Source: Minisyncoccota bacterium (lineage in GTDB: Bacteria; Patescibacteriota; Minisyncoccia; UBA6257; GWB1-50-10). Taken from it: a DNA stretch of 64,000 nt. Where the stretch lies: NCBI GenBank assembly GCA_020059585.1, contig JAGVBU010000004.1:16835-80834 (forward strand). Direction: 5' to 3'. Below the pieces are notes generated by a model that had not been told where the DNA came from, searched no databases, and was given only the letters and a program-made list of their open reading frames with translations. Shown here piece after piece: positions 47,701-55,984 of this stretch (positions within the stretch are counted from its first letter, which is position 1; the number at the start of each line of letters is the position of its first letter). A program made the position numbers and the translations under genes.

Positions 47701-47889
47701 TCCCGCCTTTTTTGCTTTTTTGTAAAACTCTATCGCGCCGTACATATTCCCGTGATCGGTGAGCGCGATTGCGGTCATGCCAAGTTCTTTCGCGCGCGAA
47801 ACAAGTTCATCGGGTTTGGCGAGTCCATCAAGGAGAGAGTAGTGGGAATGGACATGAAGATGGGTAAATTGTGATTTCTTTATGTCCAT
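44713..47889 (-). CDS. dnaE: DNA polymerase III alpha subunit
   Basis: HLHVHSHYSLLDG (PHP), GRGSAAGS, FERFLNPDR...PDIDVD, KMDFLGL, YGFN.SH. No intein seen. Confidence 0.97.
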   Translation of the reverse strand: MDIKKSQFTHLHVHSHYSLLDGLAKPDELVSRAKELGMTAIALTDHGNMYGAIEFYKKAKKAGIKPILGVEAYVAPNGLENKRPKVDETRYHLVLLVKNNTGWKNLLKLVTHSYLEGFYYKPRIDKPLLEKYHEGLVCLSGCFSGEIAKLLSHGRHDEAEQVARWYHSLFGSDFYLEIQPHTPELNPLIIALSKKIGVPLVATQDIHYVHKEDQTAHEILLAVQTNSKLDDEDRLSLKKFDISLLSGEEMISIFRDTPEAIAATQEITEKCSLEIELGKTKLPSFPLPEGESSSFEYLKKLVAERTKDRYPNPNDVVNERILSEISVIEKTGFADYFLIVQDYINWAKTHGIVVGPGRGSAAGSIVSYILGITNIDPLAYDLLFERFLNPDRIQVPDIDVDFTDTRRDEVLSYVREKYGADHVAQIITFGTMLSRAAIRDAGRAMGLSYGFCDQIAKLIPFTAPATPLKKALETVPELKHLYDTTADAQRLINAAIRLEGTVRHASVHACGVVVSAHPLTEYLPLQKAPQGENTVITQFEMHAVEDLGLLKMDFLGLKNLTIIEKTLKLIKNNHGISIDIDRIPLDDKKTFELLQHGETTGVFQLESSGMRRYLKELKPSELEDIIAMVSLYRPGPMELIPSYIARKFGKEEVTYLHPLLEPILKKTYGVGIYQEQMMRIARDLAGYSLAEADTLRKAIGKKIKELLDEQREKLIAGMIKNGIDKKSAEEIWDLFPPFARYGFNRSHAACYAMISYQTAYLKSRYPVEFMTSLLNISGTEVERVNFLVNEARRLGIKVLPPDINQSFQDFTADGGNIRFGLLAVKNVGANIVNFIIEERGRSGEFANLTDFLSRMKHRDMNKKSLESLIKSGSFDSMGLERGQALENIEELLKFNQAAKKMASSNQSSLFGSGSATLASLRMRPAKPASKNATLGWEKELLGFYLTDHPFSAYSGKFGSSVKTIREIQNTPHSADTIGSRTKTAGVVSNVHKILTKKGDPMLFVLIEDTTSAIELLVFPRVLEKTQTLWEEGRVVLASGRTSWKGGDPKFICDDVKRV

Positions 47890-48022
47890 AATTATTTTCC
47901 CATGCTCGATACCATTAGTGTATGAATTTTTTACGATGAGCACAATATTTACTTGCGTTGTGTTTTGGGGTGTAATTCCCGTTCTACGCGTGCCGAGGGT
48001 TTTTCGTGATATTATTCACTAT

Positions 48023-48673
48023 ATGAGAGGAAAACACCTTTATATGGGAATTGATGAGGTGGGGAGGGGTCCGCTTGCGGGTCCTGCCGAGGTGTGTGCC
48101 GTGCTCGTACCCGAAACGGCGATGAGTACGTTAATGAAGAGGATACGGCGCGAGCCAACTTCTCTCAAAGATTCGAAGAAGCTTTCAGAGCTACAGCGGG
48201 AACATTGGGAGAAATTTATTAGATCTATGAAGGATGAAAAAATTCTCTTTTATGCGTCCGCGCGCGCCACTCCGAAGACCATTGACGCGATCAATATATC
48301 AAAAGCAGTAAATGTCGCGGCGGAAAAGGCGATCAAAAAGGCGCTCAATATGTTTCCTTACGCGTATACGCATCTTTCTATAGCCTCCGATGAGGGAATT
48401 CGTCCGGATATTTCCGGAATTCTTTCGTGTAAGACGCGTTTTCGATCATATGTGCGGGGAGACGAGCGCATTCCGCTTATAAGCATTGCTTCGATAGTCG
48501 CAAAAGTGTCTCGAGACGCATATATGAAAAAGATTGGAGCAAAATATCCCCATTATCGCTTTGAAAAGAATAAAGGATACGGAACAAGGGACCATATTCT
48601 CGCGCTCAGAAGACATGGACCCTCTCCGATGCATCGTTTGACCTTTATCAGAAATTTTCCTAAAATAGGATAA
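48023..48673 (+). CDS. rnhB: Ribonuclease HII
   Basis: GIDEVGRGPLAGP, DSKKLS, ASIVAKV.RD, KGYGT..H. Confidence 0.95.
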   Translation: MRGKHLYMGIDEVGRGPLAGPAEVCAVLVPETAMSTLMKRIRREPTSLKDSKKLSELQREHWEKFIRSMKDEKILFYASARATPKTIDAINISKAVNVAAEKAIKKALNMFPYAYTHLSIASDEGIRPDISGILSCKTRFRSYVRGDERIPLISIASIVAKVSRDAYMKKIGAKYPHYRFEKNKGYGTRDHILALRRHGPSPMHRLTFIRNFPKIG

Positions 48674-48710
48674 GAATCGTCGTAAGAGATAAAAATATCA
48701 AAAGTCATTT

Positions 48711-48911
48711 ATGGGTGGCGTTCCAGTTAAACATCATTCGAAATCGAAGGTAGGACGGAGGCGGTCACAGCTTGCGTTGAAAAAGAAGGGTATTGTGGCG
48801 TGCGCGAATTGCAAGAGTCCCGCGTTGCCGCATCGCATGTGCGCGCAGTGTGGAAAGATGACAAGCAAGAAAAAGATCGCAACAAAGAAGTCCGAAAAGA
48901 GCGGATCATAG
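48711..48911 (+). CDS. rpmF: 50S ribosomal protein L32
   Basis: VP...SKS....RRS, CANC...LPHRMC..CG. Confidence 0.93.
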   Translation: MGGVPVKHHSKSKVGRRRSQLALKKKGIVACANCKSPALPHRMCAQCGKMTSKKKIATKKSEKSGS

Positions 48912-48931
48912 CGCGGAAAAATTAATTCCGT

Positions 48932-49381
48932 ATGGCAACACGACATCTCGCAAGAACAATTATTCTCCAATCCCTGTATGAGTGGGATTTTTATAATAAA
49001 AAAACAGATCTCATAAAAGTAGTAGACAGGAATCTCCATGAATTCGGTCCCGGCATTGATGAGCCCGAATTCGCGTGGAAGATAATAAAAGGAGTAGTGG
49101 AACATATGAAAGAGATTGATCAGGTGATCTCGAAATATGCTCCCGAGTGGCCTATTGAGCAGGTGGCGATCATAGACCGGAACATATTGCGTGTCGGTCT
49201 TTTTGAGCTTCTCTACGCGGATAAAAATGAAGTACCTTCCAAGGTAGCGATCAACGAAGCGATAGAATTAGCAAAAAATTACGGAGGGCAAAATTCATCA
49301 CGTTTTATAAACGGAGTGTTGGGAAGCGTATATAAAGAAATGGTCGAGCCGAAGGAGCCGAAAAAGGAAGAAGCATCATAA
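48932..49381 (+). CDS. nusB: Transcription antitermination factor NusB
   Basis: RHLAR...[26 protein letters not shown]. Confidence 0.96.
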   Translation: MATRHLARTIILQSLYEWDFYNKKTDLIKVVDRNLHEFGPGIDEPEFAWKIIKGVVEHMKEIDQVISKYAPEWPIEQVAIIDRNILRVGLFELLYADKNEVPSKVAINEAIELAKNYGGQNSSRFINGVLGSVYKEMVEPKEPKKEEAS

Positions 49382-49383
49382 TT

Positions 49384-50076
49384 GTGGCGGATGAATTTGG
49401 AGGTATTGAAAAGAGGATAGGGTTTTCCTTCTCGGATAAGGATATTCTCAGAGAGGCGCTCACGCACCGCTCGTTTTTGAACGAGCATCAGGAGTGGACC
49501 GTGCCTCATAATGAGAGGCTCGAATATTTGGGTGACGCGGTTATTGAACTCATTGTGACCGAATATCTTTATCAAAAATATCCGATGAGTCAGGAGGGAG
49601 AACTTACCAGTTTTCGCGCGGCGCTCGTAAATTATCAGATGATGGCAAAAGTTGCGCGAGAGATTCTTCTTGATCAGTCTCTTTTTCTTTCGCGCGGAGA
49701 ATCACGCGACGTCGGAAAGGCTCGCGACGTGATTCTCGCGAACGCGTTTGAGGCGCTTATAGGGGCGATTTATCTTGACGGAAAATATAGCGCTGCCGCG
49801 GAGTTCGTGGAACGCACGCTCGTTTCGCATCTTGGAACGATTCTTGAGTCAAAATCATACAAGGATCCAAAAAGTTATCTTCAGGAAATTGTGCAAGAAA
49901 AAGAAAGGTTGACGCCTACCTATCGCGTACTTTCCGAATCGGGCCCCGATCACCGTAAAAATTTTATCGTGGGGGTATTCTTTGGCGATCGATGTGTCAC
50001 GCAGGGAGAGGGTACCTCAAAGCAGGAAGCGGAAAGCAGTGCGGCGCGCGCTGCTCTTGAAATGCTCGAGAAATAA
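49384..50076 (+). CDS. rnc: Ribonuclease III
   Basis: ALTHRS, NERLEYLGDAV, FEALIGAIYLD, dsRBD 'DPKS.LQE'. GTG start. Confidence 0.96.
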   Translation: MADEFGGIEKRIGFSFSDKDILREALTHRSFLNEHQEWTVPHNERLEYLGDAVIELIVTEYLYQKYPMSQEGELTSFRAALVNYQMMAKVAREILLDQSLFLSRGESRDVGKARDVILANAFEALIGAIYLDGKYSAAAEFVERTLVSHLGTILESKSYKDPKSYLQEIVQEKERLTPTYRVLSESGPDHRKNFIVGVFFGDRCVTQGEGTSKQEAESSAARAALEMLEK

Positions 50077-50081
50077 AATAT

Positions 50082-52262
50082 ATGGCTTTTTTAAAAGGGC
50101 TCGAACTTCATGGATTCAAATCATTTGCGGGAAAAACCGTTCTTGATTTTCCTTCTCGGGTAGTTTCGATTGTTGGTCCAAATGGATCCGGAAAATCGAA
50201 CGTGATTGACGCGCTCCGATGGGTTCTTGGAGAACGTGAAGCGAAACAGCTCCGTGGCGCGACGCTTGAGAATCTTATTTTCGCGGGAACGCCAAAGCGC
50301 GCCGCGGTCGGCGTCGCGAAAGTGGGGCTTATTTTTGATAACAGTGACAGGACTTTTGCCATTGAAGCAAATGAAGTGGTGCTTGAACGAAGAGTGGATC
50401 GATCGGGAGTATCTCAATTTTTTATAAACGGAGACGAACTACGTCTTAAAGATCTTATTCCCATGCTTGCGCGCGCGAAACTCGGTGCGCGTGGCCTTAC
50501 GATGATAGGGCAGGGGCAAAGTGACGTGTTTGTTCAGAGTTCTCCTGATGATAGGAGAATGATGATTGAGGAGGTTCTTGGGCTTAAGGAATTTAGGATA
50601 AAAAAGGCTCAGGCGGAACGAAGACTCGATACAAGCAGGACGAATATGGATAAGGTTCAGGCGATGCTCGAGGAATTGCTCCCGCATCTTCGATTACTAC
50701 GAAGGCAAAAACATCGGTGGGACAGGAGAAGTGAGATAGAAACAGAACTCAGGGATTCAGAAAACAAGTTCTTTTCATATCGCTATCATGAATTACAAAA
50801 AGAATTTTCATTACTTCAGAACCCCTCTGAGAGTCTTGTAACGAAGAAGGGTAGGGTGGAAAAAGATATCGCGGCGCTTGAAGAAAAAATAAAAGAGACG
50901 GGAGCCGTTGCGGAGCGTGCCGACCGATCTCGTGAGGTGCGTGACAGGATCACCGAGCTTTTCAGAAAAAAAACATTACTCGGAGCGGAAATCGCCAAGC
51001 TTGAGGTGAAAATCGAATTCGAAGGAAAAAGCGCGGCGCAATCGAATATCGACATGACCGCGCTGTACGAGGTTGCGGGAGCGCTGAAAGATGAATTTGA
51101 TCACGCCCTCTCATGGTCAGATATAGAAAAAATAAAGGGAGCTATTCGCGCGTGGTCAGAAAAACTTTCAAAGTTTTTTGCAAAAAAAACCAATACAGAA
51201 CCGATAGCGTTTGAAAATGAGAAAAAGCGGAAGGACGCGGAAGCTGCCGCAATTGATATCGAAATAAAAAATCTTCGTGATGAAGAGGAAAATATTGCGC
51301 GTACGCAAGACGAAGCGAATAAGGAATTCAGAAAACTCATAGAAGAGCTCGAGGAAAAGAAAAATGAAATACGAAAGATCGATCGGGAAGTACAGGAACA
51401 TTCGTTTGCTCGTGAACGTATTGCAATACGAAAAGAAGAACTTGAGAAAGATTGGATTGGTGCGGGAAGAATCATTGACGAGCTTCGTGTTCTTCCGCGC
51501 GTCGAGGATGGAGAGGTTGATATGCAGGGAATCGAACGGCGTATATTCCGCCTCCGTGGAGAACTCGCGGCAATAGGAGAAATAGATGAAAATCTCGTGA
51601 GAGAAGCAAACGAGAGCGAAATACGGTATGAATTTCTAAGTAAAGAACTTGCCGATCTCGAAATGGCGATCGCGGATTTGAGAAAGCTTATTACGGATCT
51701 CGAGGTGCGTATTGGTAATGATTTTAAGGATGCGTTCCGTCTTATTAATGATGAATTTAACAAATATTTCCGCCTTATGTTCGGTGGTGGGAAGGCGCGA
51801 ATGAAGATAGAAAGGAAGAAGAAAATAATAAAAGAAGGAGAGGATATTCCCTCAGAAGAATCGGCAGTCGCGCATGATGTCACGGAAGAGGAAGACGATA
51901 CGGTGGGGGGCGTTGAGATAGAACTCAGCCTTCCGAAAAAGAGAATCACAAATCTCGATATGCTTTCGGGGGGAGAAAAGAGTCTTGTATCAATCGCGGC
52001 GCTTTTTGCGCTCATCGCGGTGAGTCCGCCCCCGTTTCTTGTACTTGATGAGGTGGATGCTCCTCTTGATGAATCGAATGCGCGCAGATTTGCCGATCTT
52101 GTAAAGGAATTTTCAACGAAAACACAATTTATCATCGTGACTCATAACCGCGCCACAATGGAGGCCGCAGACGCGCTTTATGGAGTGACGATGGCCGATG
52201 ATGGCGTTTCGAAAATACTTTCTCTTAAATTTGAAGAAATACGCGATACCACCGCTTCATAA
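50082..52262 (+). CDS. smc: Short SMC-family ATPase (726 aa)
   Basis: GFKSFA, GPNGSGKSN, LSGGEKS, LDEVDAPLD, THN; coiled coils; follows rnc. Confidence 0.9.
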   Translation: MAFLKGLELHGFKSFAGKTVLDFPSRVVSIVGPNGSGKSNVIDALRWVLGEREAKQLRGATLENLIFAGTPKRAAVGVAKVGLIFDNSDRTFAIEANEVVLERRVDRSGVSQFFINGDELRLKDLIPMLARAKLGARGLTMIGQGQSDVFVQSSPDDRRMMIEEVLGLKEFRIKKAQAERRLDTSRTNMDKVQAMLEELLPHLRLLRRQKHRWDRRSEIETELRDSENKFFSYRYHELQKEFSLLQNPSESLVTKKGRVEKDIAALEEKIKETGAVAERADRSREVRDRITELFRKKTLLGAEIAKLEVKIEFEGKSAAQSNIDMTALYEVAGALKDEFDHALSWSDIEKIKGAIRAWSEKLSKFFAKKTNTEPIAFENEKKRKDAEAAAIDIEIKNLRDEEENIARTQDEANKEFRKLIEELEEKKNEIRKIDREVQEHSFARERIAIRKEELEKDWIGAGRIIDELRVLPRVEDGEVDMQGIERRIFRLRGELAAIGEIDENLVREANESEIRYEFLSKELADLEMAIADLRKLITDLEVRIGNDFKDAFRLINDEFNKYFRLMFGGGKARMKIERKKKIIKEGEDIPSEESAVAHDVTEEEDDTVGGVEIELSLPKKRITNLDMLSGGEKSLVSIAALFALIAVSPPPFLVLDEVDAPLDESNARRFADLVKEFSTKTQFIIVTHNRATMEAADALYGVTMADDGVSKILSLKFEEIRDTTAS

Positions 52263-52346
52263 TTGATTGTGTGGTATATTCGCATTTTGGCGCAGAGTTG
52301 ACCCACCCTCTTATTTCGTATATCATACCTTGTGAAATAACCTTAT

Positions 52347-52640
52347 ATGCTCGCTATAAAACTAAAACCTGTTGGGAAGAAGCATCAGAAAACCTATCGC
52401 GTGGTGGTCGCTGAAAAGCGCTCAAAACTTGACGGAAGATTTGTTGCTGATCTTGGATGGGTGAACCCTCATGCTGATACCCACCATATTGATGGTGAGA
52501 AGGTAACCGAATGGATTAAGAACGGCGCGCAGCCGACACCAAGCGTACATAATCTTCTCGTGAAGGCGGGGATTATCAACGCGCCGAAAATACCAGTGCA
52601 TTCTGTTGCGAAGAAGAAAAAGGAGGAGGGTGCCGCATAG
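52347..52640 (+). CDS. rpsP: 30S ribosomal protein S16
   Basis: GKKHQ..YRVVV, DG.F...LG..NP, W...GAQPT..V. Confidence 0.96.
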   Translation: MLAIKLKPVGKKHQKTYRVVVAEKRSKLDGRFVADLGWVNPHADTHHIDGEKVTEWIKNGAQPTPSVHNLLVKAGIINAPKIPVHSVAKKKKEEGAA

Positions 52641-52724
52641 CGTATTCATTCGTGGATAACGCTTTTACTAAAGCAAAAGAAGAGACAAAGGTCGAATGAA
52701 AATCATTTTTAAAGAGAAGAAAGT

Positions 52725-53006
52725 ATGTCAAACGTTCCCGATAAAGAATTTCTTGAATTTCTCGTAAAGTCCATCGTTGATCATTCTGATGATGTGAAAG
52801 TTGATCGGAAAGTTGATGAGATGGGGGTTCTGCTTTCACTCAGAGTGAATCCGCAGGATATGGGTCAGGTGGTTGGACGCCAAGGCGCAACGGCAAAGGC
52901 GATCCGCTCTCTTCTTCGTATTGTGGGCATTAAGAATAATGCTCGCGTCAATCTCAAGATTGAGGAGCCAGAGGGATCAACCCGCGGAATTTCTCACGGA
53001 GAATAA
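52725..53006 (+). CDS. khpA: KH-domain RNA-binding protein (KhpA/YlqC)
   Basis: LVKSIVD, DMGQVVGRQG.TAKAIR.LL; follows rpsP. Confidence 0.9.
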   Translation: MSNVPDKEFLEFLVKSIVDHSDDVKVDRKVDEMGVLLSLRVNPQDMGQVVGRQGATAKAIRSLLRIVGIKNNARVNLKIEEPEGSTRGISHGE

Positions 53007-53021
53007 CTTTGTCTTTCTTGA

Positions 53022-53059
53022 AAAACCCTCCGCATTTATGCGGAGGGTTTTGTTTTTTT
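53022..53059 (+). terminator. Intrinsic terminator after khpA
   Basis: AAAACCCTCCGCA-TTTA-TGCGGAGGGTTTT followed by GTTTTTT. Confidence 0.8.
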
Positions 53060-53079
53060 CATGATACAATAATACTGAT

Positions 53080-53742
53080 ATGCGCATACAATTCATAACG
53101 CTTTTTCCCGAAGCATTTATATCATATCTTGGAGAATCAATAATAAAGCGCGCGCAGAAAAAAAAACTTGTTTCTTTTCGGTCTATTAATCCTCGTGATT
53201 TCACGGAGGATCCCCATCATACGGTTGACGGGACGCCGTATGGAGGCGGTCCGGGAATGGTATTGAAGATTGAACCCATATGGAAAGCGGTGCGTCACGC
53301 GCTAAAGGGAAGCGCCAGAAAGAAAAAGAGAGTAGTGCTTTTCTCATTGCGCGGAAAAATTTTCACTCAGGCTGTGGCGCGGAGGCTTTCAAAATATGAC
53401 GAACTTGTTTTTATCTGCGGACGCTATGAGGGAATTGATGAGAGGGTTGCTGAGGTAATTGCCGATGAAGAAATATCGATAGGCGATTTTGTGCTTTCAG
53501 GAGGAGAGCTCCCTGCGCTTGTGGTTGCCGAAGCGGTGATACGCCACATCCCCGGTGTACTTGGGAAAAAAGAGTCACTTGAGGAGACGAAAGGATCATA
53601 TCCGGTATATACTCGCCCTCCCGAGTTTGAAATAATAAAAAACAAGAGAAAAAAGAAGTGTAAGGTTCCTGAGGAGCTTTTGAGCGGAAATCATAAACGC
53701 ATACACGAATGGAGAGTATTTCACGGAAAGAAGAGGGAGTAG
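53080..53742 (+). CDS. trmD: tRNA (guanine37-N1)-methyltransferase
   Basis: TLFPE, VD.TPYGGGPGM, CGRYEGIDER, SIGDFVLSGGE, YTRP, VPE.LLSGNH. Confidence 0.97.
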   Translation: MRIQFITLFPEAFISYLGESIIKRAQKKKLVSFRSINPRDFTEDPHHTVDGTPYGGGPGMVLKIEPIWKAVRHALKGSARKKKRVVLFSLRGKIFTQAVARRLSKYDELVFICGRYEGIDERVAEVIADEEISIGDFVLSGGELPALVVAEAVIRHIPGVLGKKESLEETKGSYPVYTRPPEFEIIKNKRKKKCKVPEELLSGNHKRIHEWRVFHGKKRE

Positions 53743-53802
53743 CGCGCCCTGCGTTTTGACTTTCTTTTTGTTTTTGAGTACTATAGAGAAGCATTTTTGC
53801 GT

Positions 53803-54552
53803 ATGGTAAACAAAATAATCAGCGAAGAGTTGGTAAAAGAGATGGTTCAGAATGGTGTTGTGTTAGGACACAAGAAGTCGAAAACACACCCGAAAATGAA
53901 GCCGTTTATTACCGGCAATCGCAACGAAATAGAAATATTAAATCCGGCAGCGACGTGGGATAGTCTTGAATCGGCAATCAATTTCCTGAGAGAAAAAATA
54001 TCAAAAGGAGGGCTTATTCTTTTTGTCGCGACAAAACCGGCGGCAAAGGCGGTAGTAAAAAGTTTTGCCGATGAATTCAAGTATCCTTTTGTGGGAGGAC
54101 GGTGGCTTGGAGGAACACTCACAAATTTTTCCGTAATTAAGGGACGTATTACGCATTTTGAGAGTCTTCGGGATAGGAAAGAGAAGGGAGAACTCTTAAA
54201 ATATACAAAAAAGGAACAGCGCGAATTTGATAAGGAGATAGGAAAGCTTTCGCAGAATTTTCTCGGACTTCTTCCTATGAAAAAAGTTCCGGATGTACTT
54301 TTTGTAGTTGACGCCGAATCGCACACAACCGCGATTAAGGAAGCAAAGATACTTGGTATTCCTGTGGTTGCGATACTCGACACAAATGACGATCCTTCAA
54401 AGATATCAAATCCCATATACGCAAGCGATCACAGCAGACAGAGCGTAGAATGGATAATGAACCAGATTAAGGGAGCGATTAAGCCGCTTTTGCCGCGGGG
54501 ATACGTGTTTCATGATGCCCGCGAGGCGAAAGTAATAAAAGGTAATTTATAA
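53803..54552 (+). CDS. rpsB: 30S ribosomal protein S2
   Basis: G...GH.....HPKM, LFVATK, RWLGGTLTNF, AI.EA..LGIPVV...DTN. Confidence 0.96.
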   Translation: MVNKIISEELVKEMVQNGVVLGHKKSKTHPKMKPFITGNRNEIEILNPAATWDSLESAINFLREKISKGGLILFVATKPAAKAVVKSFADEFKYPFVGGRWLGGTLTNFSVIKGRITHFESLRDRKEKGELLKYTKKEQREFDKEIGKLSQNFLGLLPMKKVPDVLFVVDAESHTTAIKEAKILGIPVVAILDTNDDPSKISNPIYASDHSRQSVEWIMNQIKGAIKPLLPRGYVFHDAREAKVIKGNL

Positions 54553-54563
54553 AATAAAACACT

Positions 54564-55004
54564 ATGAACGCCGATATTGTAAAATTGCGTGAAGAAACTG
54601 GCGCGGGAGTGATGGAGTGCAAGCGAGCGCTTGAGGAAGCAAAAGGGGATTTTAACGCCGCCGTTGAGTATATCCGTGTCGCGGGCGTGGCGCGTGCCGA
54701 AAAAAAGAAAGACAGGAAAACTGGCGCGGGATTTCTTTACTCCTACATTCACAATAATCGCGTGGGAGTGCTTCTCGAAGTGCGATGCGAGACCGATTTC
54801 GTGGCAAAGTCCGATCCTTTTCAGGAGCTCGTTAAGAATCTCGGATTTCAGATTGCCGCGATAGAGTCACATGATGTTGCAGAGGTGCTCGAACAGCCAT
54901 TTGTGAAGGATGAAAAAATGACAATCAAGGGGCTTATAGATCAGACGATTGCGAAAGTTGGGGAAAATATACAGATTGAGCGTTTTGCTCGGTTTGAAAT
55001 TTAA
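54564..55004 (+). CDS. tsf: Elongation factor Ts (146 aa, minimal form)
   Basis: LRE.TGAG.M.CK.AL, E..CETDFVA, GENI.I.RF.R. Confidence 0.95.
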   Translation: MNADIVKLREETGAGVMECKRALEEAKGDFNAAVEYIRVAGVARAEKKKDRKTGAGFLYSYIHNNRVGVLLEVRCETDFVAKSDPFQELVKNLGFQIAAIESHDVAEVLEQPFVKDEKMTIKGLIDQTIAKVGENIQIERFARFEI

Positions 55005-55015
55005 TCCACGGACCA

Positions 55016-55378
55016 ATGTCCATGCTGAAATTCCTTCTTGAGATTGTGATTGTGTGCGCGTTTGGCGTGGTTGTATATCTTTTTACGCGCATGCTTCCTC
55101 GCATTGACGATGCGCACATTGCCTCGAAGGAAGAAAAGATGAAAGGGGACGCGCTTTCGGTGTATCTTGAAAAGATCGACGAATGGCTCACGATTATGTT
55201 TGAAAAGTTTCTAAGAAGGGTAAAGGTGTGGATACTGAGACTCGACAATCTTGTAAATGAACAGCTGAACAAGTTTAAAAAGGAACCCCAAAAAAAGAGA
55301 CAATTTACCGAAGAGAATGAGCATGGAAAAGATGAAGACGAAAAAGACGGAGAGGGGAAGGATAGCGACGAGGATTAA
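55016..55378 (+). CDS. Hypothetical membrane protein with an acidic tail
   Basis: N-terminal TM helix, helical body, Asp/Glu-rich end; 11 nt after tsf. Confidence 0.75.
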   Translation: MSMLKFLLEIVIVCAFGVVVYLFTRMLPRIDDAHIASKEEKMKGDALSVYLEKIDEWLTIMFEKFLRRVKVWILRLDNLVNEQLNKFKKEPQKKRQFTEENEHGKDEDEKDGEGKDSDED

Positions 55379-55466
55379 AACTCTGATAGAAATATCGGAG
55401 TTTTTGTATCCTATATTAGAACCGAGAGTTATAGAAAATAGTATTATACTCTGCTATACTATAATT

Positions 55467-55844
55467 GTGAACACAAAGGAACGCGGAGATATTGCTGTTG
55501 GAGAGGGAATAAATTTTTTCTTGAAAAATGGATACGAGGTATCCTTACCTATAGGGGACAAGAGACATTATGATTTTCTTGTTGAAAAGGAAGGAAAAAT
55601 ATATCGGGTGCAGGTAAAATACGCGGGTATACAGAAAGCAAAGGGTCAGTGTAGAGTTGGACTCAGAATCACGGGTGGAAATCAATCATTTCATTACGCA
55701 AAAAAATATACAAAAGATGCGTTTGATCTTCTTTTTGTATATACGGAACGAGGGGAAAAATTCATTCTTCCGTGGAAGGAAGTGACATGTAGAAACGAAA
55801 TTACTATTGAAAATAATAAATATAAAGTGTATAAATTGAGTTAG
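55467..55844 (+). CDS. Stand-alone PD-(D/E)XK endonuclease resembling group I intron-associated nucleases
   Basis: 'TKERGDIA...GYEVSLP.GD...YDFLVEKEG..RVQVK...Y....FD....Y'. GTG start 6 nt after TGCTATACT; AT-rich. Confidence 0.85.
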   Translation: MNTKERGDIAVGEGINFFLKNGYEVSLPIGDKRHYDFLVEKEGKIYRVQVKYAGIQKAKGQCRVGLRITGGNQSFHYAKKYTKDAFDLLFVYTERGEKFILPWKEVTCRNEITIENNKYKVYKLS

Positions 55845-55849
55845 TGATT

Positions 55850-55933
55850 GCGCAGGTGGCAGAGCGGTCAATTGCATTAGACTGTAAATCTAACGCCTCT
55901 ACGGCTACGGAGGTTCGAATCCTCCCCTGCGCA
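55850..55933 (+). tRNA. tRNA-Tyr(GTA)
   Basis: Acceptor GCGCAGG/CCTGCGC-A, anticodon arm TTAGA-CTGTAAA-TCTAA, long variable arm, T-loop TTCGAAT. No intron; CCA not encoded. Confidence 0.96.
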
Positions 55934-55938
55934 CTAAA

Positions 55939-55974
55939 ATATCAAAAAACAGGATTACTCCTGTTTTTTGATAT
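55939..55974 (+). terminator. Perfect 16-bp hairpin after tRNA-Tyr
   Basis: ATATCAAAAAACAGGA-TTAC-TCCTGTTTTTTGATAT. Confidence 0.7.
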
Positions 55975-55984
55975 CTCTGTGTTT

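Noticed and set aside
51101-52135. 344-aa antisense ORF
   Set aside because: Ser/Phe/Ile-rich mirror of the Glu/Lys-rich SMC coiled coil.
55317-55466. 50-aa N-terminal extension of the nuclease ORF
   Set aside because: It overlaps the upstream gene and contains the promoter; the family-like sequence begins at GTG 55467.
55850-55933. Group I intron in tRNA-Tyr
   Set aside because: The cloverleaf is continuous and the nuclease gene lies outside it.
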